This document shows positions 45,490-56,994 of a DNA stretch of 64,000 nucleotides, one piece after another. Source of the DNA: Anaeramoeba ignava BMAN. Its lineage: Eukaryota; Protista; Anaeramoebae. The stretch lies in NCBI GenBank assembly GCA_028826165.1, contig JAPDFW010000138.1, forward strand, positions 58,218 through 122,217. The letters run 5' to 3'. The position numbers and the translations under genes were made by a program. Position 1 is the first letter of the stretch, and each line of letters opens with the position of its first letter. The notes under the pieces were generated by a model, which saw only the letters and a program-made list of their open reading frames with translations, was not told the origin of the DNA and searched no databases.

Positions 45490-45729
45490 AATTAAAATTA
45501 AAATTTAAATTAAAATTAAAATTAAAATTAAAATTAAAATTAAAATTAAAATTAAAATTAAAATTAAAATCAAAAATTAAAATTAAAATTAAAATTAAAA
45601 TTAAAAATCAAAAATCAAAATTAAAATTAAAATTAAAATTAAAATTAAAATTTAAAATCAAAATTAAAATTAAAAATTCCAAAAAATATTTTTTCATTTT
45701 TTTATTTTTCATTTTTTTTCATTTCGAAA

Positions 45730-47609
45730 ATGAATGAAATTTTATTTTTTGGTTTAAATCAAAACCCAATTCTTATCAAAAATGAACCAAATTCAATAAC
45801 AAAACCAATTCAATTTAAATTTGAAAATGAAAATGAAAATGAAAATGAAAATGAAAATGAAAATGAAAATGAAAATGAAAATGAAAATGAAAATGAAAAT
45901 GAAAATGAAAATGAAAATGAAAATGAAAATGAAAATGAAAATGAAAAACAAATTAAACAAATTTCAACAGGAAATTATTCAATAATTTTCCTTTTTGAAA
46001 ATGGAAAAGCAATAGAATACTTAAGATATCCAAATCCAAATCCAAATCAAAATCCTTCAAAAATCCAAATTGAAGAAAATATTCAAAAAGTATCTGTTGG
46101 TTATGAAAATGAAGCTATTTTAACAAAAGAAAGAAATGTATTTGCCAAAGGATATGATATTAATCCAAAAAATACAAATGAATTTATCAATATTTCATCA
46201 TTAATTGAAGATACAAATGATAGAATAATTCAAGATATTGTTTCTGGATACAATTCAATTTACTTATTAACTTCAAATCAAAATGTTTATGGAATTGGTT
46301 TAAATCATTATGGTCAACTTGGTTTTGATTCTAAAAAACTTCCAAAAACACGAAAACCAATTTTAATGATGAAAAATGTTTCTAAAATATTTTCAGGAAA
46401 TTCTTCAAGACACGTTTTTCTTTTAAATTCAAATCAAGAATTATTTGGATGCGGATGGAATAAGCAGGGACAACTTGGATTAAGAAAATCAAGAAAACAA
46501 TATTGGAAAATCAAAAAATTAACCAAAATCCAAAATATTCCAAAAGGTAAAATAATTGATATTCAATGTGGATATTTTCATTCAATAATGTTAATTGAAA
46601 ATGAAAATCAAAATCCAAAAAGAAAACTTTATTCAACTGGAAGACATGGTTATAATGGACTTGGCAAAAATGAATATACTTATGAATTTACTGAAATGAA
46701 ATCATCTTTATTTGAAAATGATGATAATATTTTTGATTTTTCTGTTGGAAATGTTCATAATTTGATTTTAACTTCCAATTCAAAATTGATAGTATTTGGA
46801 AGAAATTATTTTGGTGAATTAGGAACTGGAGATACAAATGAGCAATTGATTCCAATTCAAATTGAACTTCCTAAATTAAGATTTAATGAAGATATTTCTA
46901 ATTATCATGTTCTTTGTGGAGATAATAAATCATTTCTTTATTATTCTCCTTTTCTTTACTCTTTTTCCAATCTTGAAGAAGATTTGATAAAATTATTTGA
47001 AAGAAAAGAATTCTGCAATATTTCATTTAAAACCAAAAATGGAGAAATAATTGAAGCTCATAAATTAATATTGAAATATAGATTAAAAGATGAAAATGAA
47101 ATTGAAAAACTTCAAGAAATTATTTCAAATAAATCAATTAAAGAATCAAATCAAATATTTGAAATGATTTATTCAAATAATTCCAAAATAAATCCAAAAT
47201 TATATTCTGAAATTAAAGAAATTATAAATTCAAATGAAAAAATTGAAGAAACAATTAAAAGAATTTATTTAAATGAAAATGAAAATGAAAATGAAAAAGA
47301 TTTTATAATTGAAAGAAAAGAAAAACAATATAAATTTCCCAAATTAATATTAATAATGAGAAGTGAATTATATCGAGGAATGTTTTTATCTGTAACCAAG
47401 ATAACTCTAATAAAGTTACAGATTATAGTGAATTAAGTAATAAATCATTTCAAATATTTGAATATTGGATTTATTCAAATCAAATTAAAGATGAAATTCA
47501 AATTACACAAGAAATTATTAAAGAAATTGAAATTGGAATTGATTATTTTCAATTAAATCAAACAAATCCAAATTTATTTGATTTATTAATTAATAAATTT
47601 AATAATTAA
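45730..47609 (+). CDS. RCC1-BTB copy 5; frameshift near 47395-47410
   Basis: Near-identical to copy 4 over most of the propeller; the conserved C-terminus continues in another frame to TAA at 47609. Confidence 0.8.
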
Positions 47610-48168
47610 AATTAAAATCAAAATTAAAATCAAAATCAAAATTAAAATTAAAATCAAAATTAAAATTATTAATTAACAAATTTAATAATTAAAATTAAAA
47701 TCAAAACCAAAATCAAAAATTAAAATTAAAAATTAAAATTAAAATTAAAATTAAAATCAAAATTTAAATTAAAATTAAAATTAAAATTAAAATTAAAATT
47801 AAAAATTAAATTTAAAATTAAAATCAAAATTAAAATCAAAATTAAAATTAAAATTAAAATCAAAATTAAAATTTAAATTAAAATATAAAAAAATAATTGA
47901 TTGAAAAATTGGGGAATTTAGTTAAAAAAAAATCCCCAATTAAAATAAAATAATTAAAATAAAATTAAAATTATAATAAATAAGTTTTTTTTATTGATTT
48001 TGCTTTTTTTGAATTTTTTTTTAAATAAACAAGAAAAAAAAAATTTTAATTTAAATTTTTAATTGATCTTTTTTATTTTTCATTTTTTTCCTTTTCCTTT
48101 TTTCTTTATAAACCCTTAATTAATTAATTAATTAATTAATAAATTAATAAAAGAAATTCTAATTTAAA

Positions 48169-50720
48169 ATGGGTGAACGTTGTGCAGTTTGTGGTAAAGC
48201 AATTTATATCGTTGATAGACTTGTCGTTGAAAAAATGGTTCTTCATAAAGGTTGTTTAAGGTAATTAATTAATACAAAAAAAAATAATATCCCTTTTTTT
48301 TTCCCAATCTTCTTTTTCTTTCCCAATTTAATATTTTCCCAATTTTAATATTTTATTTCAATTTAATATTTTATTTTAATTTAATATTTTATTTCAATTT
48401 AATATTTTATTTCAATTTAATATTTTATTTTAATTTAATATTTTATTTCAATTTAATATTTTATTTCAATTTAATATTTTATTTCAATTTAATATTTAAT
48501 TTCAATTTAATATTTTATTTTAATTTAATATTTTATTTCAATTTAATATTTTAATTTCAATTTAATATATTTTATTTTAATTTAATATTTTATTTCAATT
48601 TAATATTTTTATTTTAATTTAATATTTTTATTTTAATTTAATATTTTATTTCAATTTAATATTTTATTTTAATAATTTATTTATTTTATTTTTTCATTTT
48701 TAATATTTTTATTTCAATTTTTAATATTTTTATTTTTAATTTTTTATTTTCAATTTCAATTTTATATTTTATTTTAATTTAATATTTTATTTTAATTTAA
48801 TATTTTATTTCAATTTAATATTTTATTTTTCAATTTAATATTTTATTTTTAATTTTATTTTATTTTTAATTTAATATTTTATTTCAATTTAATATTTTTA
48901 TTTTTAATTTAATATTTATTTTTAATTTTATTTTAATTTAATATTTTATTTCAATTTAATATTTTATTTCAATTTAATATTTTATTTCAATTTAATATTT
49001 TATTTTAAATTTAATATTTTATTTTAATTTAATATTTTTATTTCAATTTAATATTTTTATTTTAATTTTAATATTTTAATATTTTAATTTAATATTTTTA
49101 TTTTCAATTTAATATTTTAATATTTAATTTTAATATTTTTATTTTAATTTAATATTTTAATTTCAATTTAATATTTTATTTCAATTTAATATTTTATTTT
49201 AAATTAATATTTTATTTTTAATTTTTAATAATATTTTATTTCAATTTAATATTTTATTTTTAATTTAATATTTTATTTTAATTTAATATTTTATTTCAAT
49301 TTAATATTTTATTTTTAATTTAATATTTTATTTTAATTTAATATTTTATTTTAATTTAATATTTTATTTCAATTTAATATTTTATTTTTTTATTTTAATT
49401 TAATATTTAATTTTAATTTAATATTTTATATTAATTTAATATTTTATTTCAAATTAATATTTTATTTTAATTTAATATTTTATTTTAATTTAATATTTTA
49501 ATTTCAATTTAATATTTAATTTTAATTTTATATTTTATTTTAATTTAATATTTTATTTCAATTTAATATTTTAATTTATTTTAGATGCCAAGTTTGTAAT
49601 ACAAGACTTAATTCTGGAAATTATAGATCCATTGATCAACAAATTTTTTGCCAAGCACATTACAAACAAACTTTCCTTGCTAAAGGTAATTTGAAATTAA
49701 AAATTAAAATTAAAATTAAAATTAATAATTAAAATTAAAATTAAATTTGAAATTAAAATTAATAATTAAAATTAAAATTAAAATTAAAATCAAAATTATA
49801 ATTAAAATTAAAATCAAAATTAAAATTAAATATTTTTCATATATTTATTATTAGGAAGTTTTTCTGCTTTCCGAGATACAAAATCAACACCAACTGTTAC
49901 TTATACGAAAAACGAATCAACTCTTGTTGGAAGAACAACCTCCACATCAAAATCACCAACACGAACATTTTCTACGTCTCAAAAAAAAACCAATTTATCA
50001 GATCGTATGAAGTTTTTTGAAGGTTTATCCGAAACAAAGGATGAACCAACTTTTGAAAAAAAACCAATAAAAAAACGAATTAAAAAACCAATTGAAAAAC
50101 CAATTGAAAAACCAGTTGAAAAACCAGTTGAAAAACCAATTGAAAAACCAATTCAAAAACCAATTCAAAAAACCGTTCAAAAACCAATTCCAAAACAAAA
50201 TCAAGTTGATACATCCAAATTAGAAGAAAAAGAAAAAGAAATTAACACACTTAAATCCAAGGAGAAAAGTTATTTGAAACAAATTGAAGATTTAAAGAAG
50301 AAATGCAATAATTTTGAAAAGGAAATTGAAGATTATAAAGAAGAAAATAACAATTTAAAAAAAGATGTTGAAGAACTTGAAAAGGAAGTAGAACAACTTC
50401 GAATGACACAAAACGTTAGAAGTCAAAGTCGAAGTAGAAGTCCAAGTCCAATTAGAAGTAGAAGTCAAAGTCCAGTTAGAAGTCAAAGTCGAAGTAGAAG
50501 CCAAAGTCCAATTAGAAGTAGAAGTCAAAGCCGAAGTCGAAGTCAAAGTCCAGTTAGAAGTCAAAGTCCAGTTAGAAGCCAAAGTCAAAGTAGAAGCAGA
50601 AGTTATAGTAGAAGTCCAGTTAGAAGTCAAAGTCCAGTTAGAAGTGGAAGTAGAAGCAGAAGTTATAGTAGAAGTAGAAGTCAAAGTCCAGACAATATTT
50701 CACATTCAAATAGTGATTAA
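48169..50720 (+). CDS. LIM-domain protein with KPIE repeats, coiled coil and RS/SP-repeat tail; exons 48169-48260, 49585-49685, 49855-50720
   Basis: Spliced LIM domain [55 protein letters not shown]; intron phases are consistent through to ORF 50007-50720. Confidence 0.88.
48340..49575. repeat. (AATTTAATATTTTATTTY)n about 18-mer satellite in LIM intron 1
   Basis: Degenerate period-18 repeat. Confidence 0.9.
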
Positions 50721-51003
50721 TTTCATTTCATTTCATTTCATTTTTAATTTCTTTTTTAATTCACTTCATTTACATTCAATTTGTTCCACTTTTTTTCTTT
50801 TCAAAATAATTTGGAACAACAACAAAAAAAAAGCAAAAAAAAGTTTTTTCTTCTTTTCAAAATAATTTGGAACAACAAAGAAAAATAAAAAAAAAAGGAA
50901 AGTTTTTTAATTTTAATTTTAATTTTAATTTAAATTTTAATTTTAATTTTAATTTTTAATTTTTTAATAACAAGCATGATTTGAAATTCTTCTTTGTTTT
51001 TAT

Positions 51004-52033
51004 TTAAAAATCAGTTAATAATTTTTGATCCAAAAAATCTCTCAAATCACAAATAATTTCTTGTTCAAAACCAAAATCCCAAATTTCATCGTAAGTAAGA
51101 GTATTTTCATATTGACCACCAAAAAGAAAGAAATGAGAACGAGAATAAGCACAACCAACACTTCCGAAACGAGCAGAAGGAAAAAGAGAAGGATTTTGAG
51201 GGAAATCATATAAAAACCATTCTTTTTTTTTCAAGTCAAAATAACGCAATTTATTAGAATATCTGTCTCGCCAAGAAAAACCGCCAAAACAAACAACATA
51301 TTGATTTTCATAGATGACAGAAACATGACCCCCAAATGCCGGCAAATCAAAAATAGGGTGAATTTTGCTCCATTCAAAAAGTGTTTAAGTTGAATAAATA
51401 AATTTCACAATTTTCAATTTTGGATTCATCAAGACCCCCAACTATCATTAGATTATCTTCGTAAATATGGCAAGTGTGAGAAGATCTTGCTTTTGGAATT
51501 TCGCCAATTGATGGGATTTCTTCCCATTTTTTTTGCAGAGTGTTGAATCTCCAGAGATCGTTTTTGCGCGATCCTTCATTAGAAAATCCTCCAAAAAGAT
51601 AAATAAATCCATTGTGATAAATTGCGGAATGCGAATATCTTCCGCTTGGTTTCTTTTCATGACCCGCAAATTCAATTTTAGTCCATTGATTTAAATTTGT
51701 ATCAAATTCCCACAAATCATCATAATATTCATTTTCCATATTTCCTCCAAAAATCCATATTTTATTCTTGAACCCTGTCATTGAGTGTGCAGAACGAATA
51801 CTGGGTTGTTTATTTTGATCCGGTTTGATTTGTTCCCATTTGTTATTTTGGAGATCAAATGAGAACAACTGGTTTGATTCTTGTGTTGGATTTAATTTAT
51901 TTCCTCCAAAAATATAAATTTTATGTTGATCTGAATCGAAAAATATTCCCGATTTTGCAACTTCCATTGGTTTTTCTTCTGTAATTGGAATTAACTGTTT
52001 CCATCCAATAAATTTTTTATTTGATTTTTTCAT
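51004..52033 (-). pseudogene. Kelch-repeat protein with a frameshift near 51376 and a truncated BTB start (pseudogene or sequencing error)
   Basis: Kelch repeats (IFGG..NDLW, PSGRYSHSA). TTT TGA ATG GAG reads TTT GAA TGG AGC after removing one T. Ends CDLRDFLDQKLLTDF*, the usual lead-in to a BTB domain. Confidence 0.65.
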
Positions 52034-52140
52034 TTAAAAATAAAAAAAAAGAAAAAAATAAAAAATAATTTTTTTTTCCTTTTTATTTTTCATTTTTTCA
52101 TTTTAAACAAAAACAAAAACAAAAAAAACAAAAAGGAAAA

Positions 52141-54231
52141 ATGGACAATAATAATAATAAAAATCAAAATCAAAATCAAAATCAAAATCAAAATCAAAAT
52201 CAAAATCAAAATCAAATTCAAAAAAATTTTATTGAAAAATACCAAAAAGCTATAAAATTCCATTCTTCTTTCCAATATCAATCTTCCCTTTTATTATTTC
52301 AAGAAATTCTTCAAGAAAATATTTTAGAAAATGAATTACTATTTGAAATTATGATCAAATTATTAGAATCAAATCTGAAACTCAATAATTTAGGAAATTC
52401 AAGAAATTTAATTAAACAAATTCAAGAAAAATTTCCAGAATCAAAAATTCAAGAGTTTTATCAAATACACTTTGAAAAAAAAGAGAATTTTGAAAAAATT
52501 AAAATCATTTTAAATTCATTAGAAGTTAAATTTGCAATTTTATGCTGTCAATTTTATCTCCAAATTTCCGATTTTACACAATTTGAAAATCATATGAAAA
52601 TTTTACAAAGAAATGAAAATGAAAATCAAAATAATGAAAATCAAAATAATGAAAATCAAAATCAAAATCAAAATTTGAATGAAAATCAAAATGAAAATTT
52701 GGATGAAAAACAATTTTCAATTAAATTAACAAAAGAACAACAAATTCAAGTTCAACTTCTCCAAATTAAGTTTGAAATTTATCAAGAAAACTTTGAAAAT
52801 GCAATCAAGATTCTAACAGACATTTTGGAAACAAACAAAAAATCAAAGACAACAAACCAATATCTTTCAGTTATTTGTGAAAATAATCTTGGATTAATTT
52901 ATTTACAACTTAAAAAACCAGCAAATTCACTTGTTCATTTGAAGCGAGCCTTTTTGGAAAATCAAACAATGATTAAGAAAATCAAATCACAGACTCAATC
53001 ACATTCAAAAAAGAACGAAAAGGTTGTGAAATTGAGTCTCCAACAACAAGTGAATTTGGAGAAATACCAAGAAATTAACTACGAAATATCTTATAATATC
53101 GGACTTGCTTTATTGATCCAAAACTCGCCCACTAAAGCCTTTGAGGCTTTCCATCTCTCGTTGAAACACTTCTATAACAACCCGAGAATTTGGATTCGTT
53201 TGACAGAATCTATTGTTTATGTTCTATTGGGTTTGAAAAGCAAAGATCGAATCAACTCATCAAACAGCAACATTGAGAAAATTATTGGAAAAGGAAGAAA
53301 CAGAAGAATCATCATGAAAACAAAGGATTCTTTGCTCAATCAGAACAGATATAATGCCAAACTCCTCAAAAATTCAATTGTTCCAGATTCTCAAAAGAAG
53401 AAGAAAAGAAAATCAAAAAAATCAGCGGAACAAAATCAAGACGAATCTTTAAAGCAAATTTCTCTTTTTTCCGCAAATCAATTCTGCAAAAATGCATTGA
53501 TATTAATCTCAAAAAATCTTGAGAAATGGAACCAATTATTCCTTCAATTTCCTCCACAAACAAATCCAAAAACAAACAGTCTTGATCAAGAAAACAACCC
53601 AAAAGAAAACGAATCAAAAGAAGACGAAAACTTCCTCATTTTCATTAAAAAAACCATGTATTCATTTTTAACCGAAAGAACATCAACAAATTTGCTTCTC
53701 AGTTTTATCTGCCTTTGTCAAGAAGATACAATTATTTCTTTGCAAATTTGCGATGATCTTTTAAAAAGAGAAAGCGAACTTTCTTCAATTCAATATTTCC
53801 TTGCATATCTTTATTACACAGAATCATTTTGTCTGCTTGGATTTCCTGATGAAGCTGAATGCAAGTGGTCAAGTGAAATTTATGAAAAATTCCAAACCAA
53901 AATCAAAGAAAATCTTGATAAAGTTCATCTTGAAATGGATTATCCTGAATTCATTGAAAATATCCCAAACAATAACAACACTCTTAAAACAGTTCAATTC
54001 ATTTTTCTTCTTAATTTATCAACCATTTTGTTAATGAAGGGAAATGTTCGTGAAGCTGAAAATTCTATTAAACAATGTCTTGAAATTTCTCCCAAAGATT
54101 CAAAAGTTTTCCTTACTCTTGCTTACATTCAAATCAAAAAGAAAAATTTCAAATTTGCTTCTCATATTTTAATTACAAACTCTTTACATCCTGATCAAAT
54201 TGAAAATCCTGAAACAGAAAAAGAAATTTAA
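52141..54231 (+). CDS. CNOT10: CCR4-NOT subunit 10
   Basis: TPR-like protein with ENNLGLIYLQLKK..HLKRA, YEISYNIGLALL..PTKAFEAF..YNNPRIWIRLTES, IIGKGRNRRII and LAYLYYTESF. Confidence 0.85.
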   Translation: MDNNNNKNQNQNQNQNQNQNQNQNQIQKNFIEKYQKAIKFHSSFQYQSSLLLFQEILQENILENELLFEIMIKLLESNLKLNNLGNSRNLIKQIQEKFPESKIQEFYQIHFEKKENFEKIKIILNSLEVKFAILCCQFYLQISDFTQFENHMKILQRNENENQNNENQNNENQNQNQNLNENQNENLDEKQFSIKLTKEQQIQVQLLQIKFEIYQENFENAIKILTDILETNKKSKTTNQYLSVICENNLGLIYLQLKKPANSLVHLKRAFLENQTMIKKIKSQTQSHSKKNEKVVKLSLQQQVNLEKYQEINYEISYNIGLALLIQNSPTKAFEAFHLSLKHFYNNPRIWIRLTESIVYVLLGLKSKDRINSSNSNIEKIIGKGRNRRIIMKTKDSLLNQNRYNAKLLKNSIVPDSQKKKKRKSKKSAEQNQDESLKQISLFSANQFCKNALILISKNLEKWNQLFLQFPPQTNPKTNSLDQENNPKENESKEDENFLIFIKKTMYSFLTERTSTNLLLSFICLCQEDTIISLQICDDLLKRESELSSIQYFLAYLYYTESFCLLGFPDEAECKWSSEIYEKFQTKIKENLDKVHLEMDYPEFIENIPNNNNTLKTVQFIFLLNLSTILLMKGNVREAENSIKQCLEISPKDSKVFLTLAYIQIKKKNFKFASHILITNSLHPDQIENPETEKEI

Positions 54232-54334
54232 CTGAAAGAGAAAATTAATTGGAAGAAGAAGAAAAAGAAAAAAACGAAAATTTATTTAATTTGATTAATT
54301 TTCTTTTCTTTTCCAAATAAAAAGCAAAAAAGAA

Positions 54335-54367
<33 letters not shown>

Positions 54368-54371
54368 TTTC

Positions 54372-56915
54372 CTATTTTTCAATTGATTTTTTAATCCATT
54401 CAAATCCTTCTTTTATTCCTTCTCCTTTAATTGCGCTACAAGGTTTGACAATCCAATGATGAGATGTTAATGTTCTTAAAGATAGTTTCTCAACAATTTC
54501 TTTTGGTTTACAAGCTGTTGGAAGTTCTTGTTTATTAGCAAAAATTAAAACTGGAAGATTTTTAGATTCTTCATGCGAAAGCAATCCTAATAATTTTGTT
54601 TTAACTTCATCAAATCTAAATTGGTCTGTGGAATCAATAACAAAAATAATAGCATCAGCTCCAGGTAAATAATGATTCCATATATAATAAATCATTGAAC
54701 CTTTTTAAACAATCAAGAAAGAAAGGAAAAAAAAAATTTTTTTTTTTTGATTAATTTGAATTGATTAAAAAAAAAAGCAAAAAATTGATTTGCCTGCATT
54801 AATTCAAATTTATTCAAATTATTTTATTTAATTTTATTTAATTTAAATTATTTAATTCAAATTATTTTATTTAATTCAAAATTATTCAAATTATTTTATT
54901 TAATTCAAATTAAATTACCTCCTCCAATATCCCAAATTTCAAATTTTTGATTGGAAATTGTAACTGTTTCAACATTAAATCCAACTGTTGGAATTGTTGT
55001 TAAAACTGAATCAGGTAAAGCTAATCGATAAAGAATTGATGTTTTTCCACTTGCATCTAATCCAAAAATAATTGTTTTAATTAATTTTTTCTTTTTCATC
55101 TTCTTTTTATTCTTCTTTTTCTTCAGTTTTGGATCAACATTATCATTCTCATTAAATTGAACAGGAAATCCTTCTAAAAACCCATTTTCTTCAAAATACT
55201 TTTTCTATAAACCTTTTCCAGCCATTTTGATTTGATTTTACACTTTGAATAATTTTCATTTCCTTTAAACTTGGTTTTCTAAGATGATCTTGCTCATAAA
55301 TTGGAGCCCAAACCCAATCATGACTTGCCATATAATTCATCTCCTTTGAACTACAAGCAACTTTGCAAAGATCTTTTTTTGATAAAAACGAAAAAATAAT
55401 CGCCATAACTTCAAAAGGAATTTCTGAGAAATTTCCTGATGATTGGTCGAAATCCATTTCTTCACTTTTCAGTTTCTGGATATCATCACCAAAATTAAAA
55501 TTGAGACTTCCTTTTTTCCTTGTTAAAATACAAGAATGTAACCTAGAATTAAAATTTGAATTAAAATTTGAATTAAAATTTGAATTAAAATTAAAATTAG
55601 AAAAAAAAAATGGAATAACACGTGTAAAAGGTGAAAAAAAAAATTTTTTTTTCTTTTTCTTTCTTTTTCTTCTAATTTACCATCCACAAGAAATTCCAAT
55701 AGCAAATTCATCTTCAGATAAGTGAACCCTTGCGGGAACAAGTTGGACTTCTTTGTTTGTATTTATGCCAAGTTGTCCATATTTGTTCCCTCCAGCAGAA
55801 AAAACCTCACCTTGCGAAGTGCTCATCATAATAAAACTTTGGCCGTAACCACCACCAGCAGCAATATTGACAAAATCCAGATCTGGAGGAAGACAACACT
55901 CAACAAAAACTAATTGGTCGTCGGTTGATGTGACTCCAACAGCACTTCCTTTTCCACAAACATATATTTTTTGGTATTCCGAGATGATGATTGTGTGTTC
56001 ATCACCGCATGAAATCTCTCTAATTTTGCCAATAAATGGCGGGAAATAGGGTTGGGTCAGCTCTTTTCTGTGGATTTTATCATTGAGACCAAGTTGTCCA
56101 TGCGTGTTCTTTCCACAACAATATATTTCGTTGTTTTTTGTAATTATAAATAAATGGTGTCCACCAGCTGAAATGGTTTCAATATTTTCAATTTTTGTGT
56201 GAACCAATTCAGGTTTTTCTCTGTCATTTAAATCACCATGAGCTAATTGACCATATGAGTTATTTCCCCATGTCACTAAATGATTTCTTTGAATAAATTT
56301 TTTTTTTTCCAATTAAAATTCCAAAATTCCAAAATTTAAAAATTAAAAATTAAACTACTCTTCATCAATAGCAACAAAAAAATTAGAACCACAACATATT
56401 TTACTAATTTTCCATTTGGTTGCTGAACTGAAATCAATTTTTTGAGTTTGAATCTTCTTTTTAATCCAAACAGGAAGTGATAAATCAACCAAAAAAACCT
56501 CTCCATTGATTAAAATTATAAACGAAAAAGCTCCACTTGAAATTTGGGAAATTATTCTTCCTGAAAAATCTGAAATGACAACAAAAAGTTTTCTTCTTTC
56601 CTTCAAAATTTTCTGTTGCTGTTTTTTTGGCAACGAATCTATTTTTCCGTTTTGATTCGTTTGATTCTTTTTTTCCTTCTCAATTATAAAGGATTTTTGA
56701 GTTTGAGTTGAAATTCCCCATAAAATTATTTTTCCTGTTGATGTTGATAAAACTGTATGAGTTGATCCACTTGATATGAATTGGATTTGTTCTTCTCTAA
56801 TAAATGGCATCAATGTTTCTTTTAAAGAAATTGGATCTCTTACAATTAAACTTGGATTTTCTTTAATTGCTAATTGATATGTTTGATTACTTCCTGAAAC
56901 AAAAAGGTTTGTCAT
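54372..56915 (-). CDS. RCC1-repeat + F-box + Arf-family GTPase fusion; introns 56287-56358, 55543-55680, 54701-54918; one extra base near 55193-55205
   Basis: Splicing gives IDEE/NHLVTWG and ISCGW/LHSCILT, then in frame the F-box [29 protein letters not shown], then Arf motifs [37 protein letters not shown]. Confidence 0.82.
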
Positions 56916-56994
56916 TTAAAAAAAAATGAAATGAAAAAAATGAAAAAAATGAAAAAAAATGAATTCATTTTTTTCTTTTTAAATTTTTAATAAA
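56916..56994. promoter_or_regulatory. 79-bp divergent promoter with back-to-back TCATTTT elements
   Basis: Repeated AAAATGA then AAAATGAATTCATTTT between head-to-head ATGs. Confidence 0.6.

Noticed and set aside
37441-47609. Diversity-generating retroelement acting on RCC1-BTB loops
   Set aside because: No reverse transcriptase or template repeat in the window, and variable residues include W, E, K and Q, which adenine-only mutagenesis of AAY codons cannot produce.
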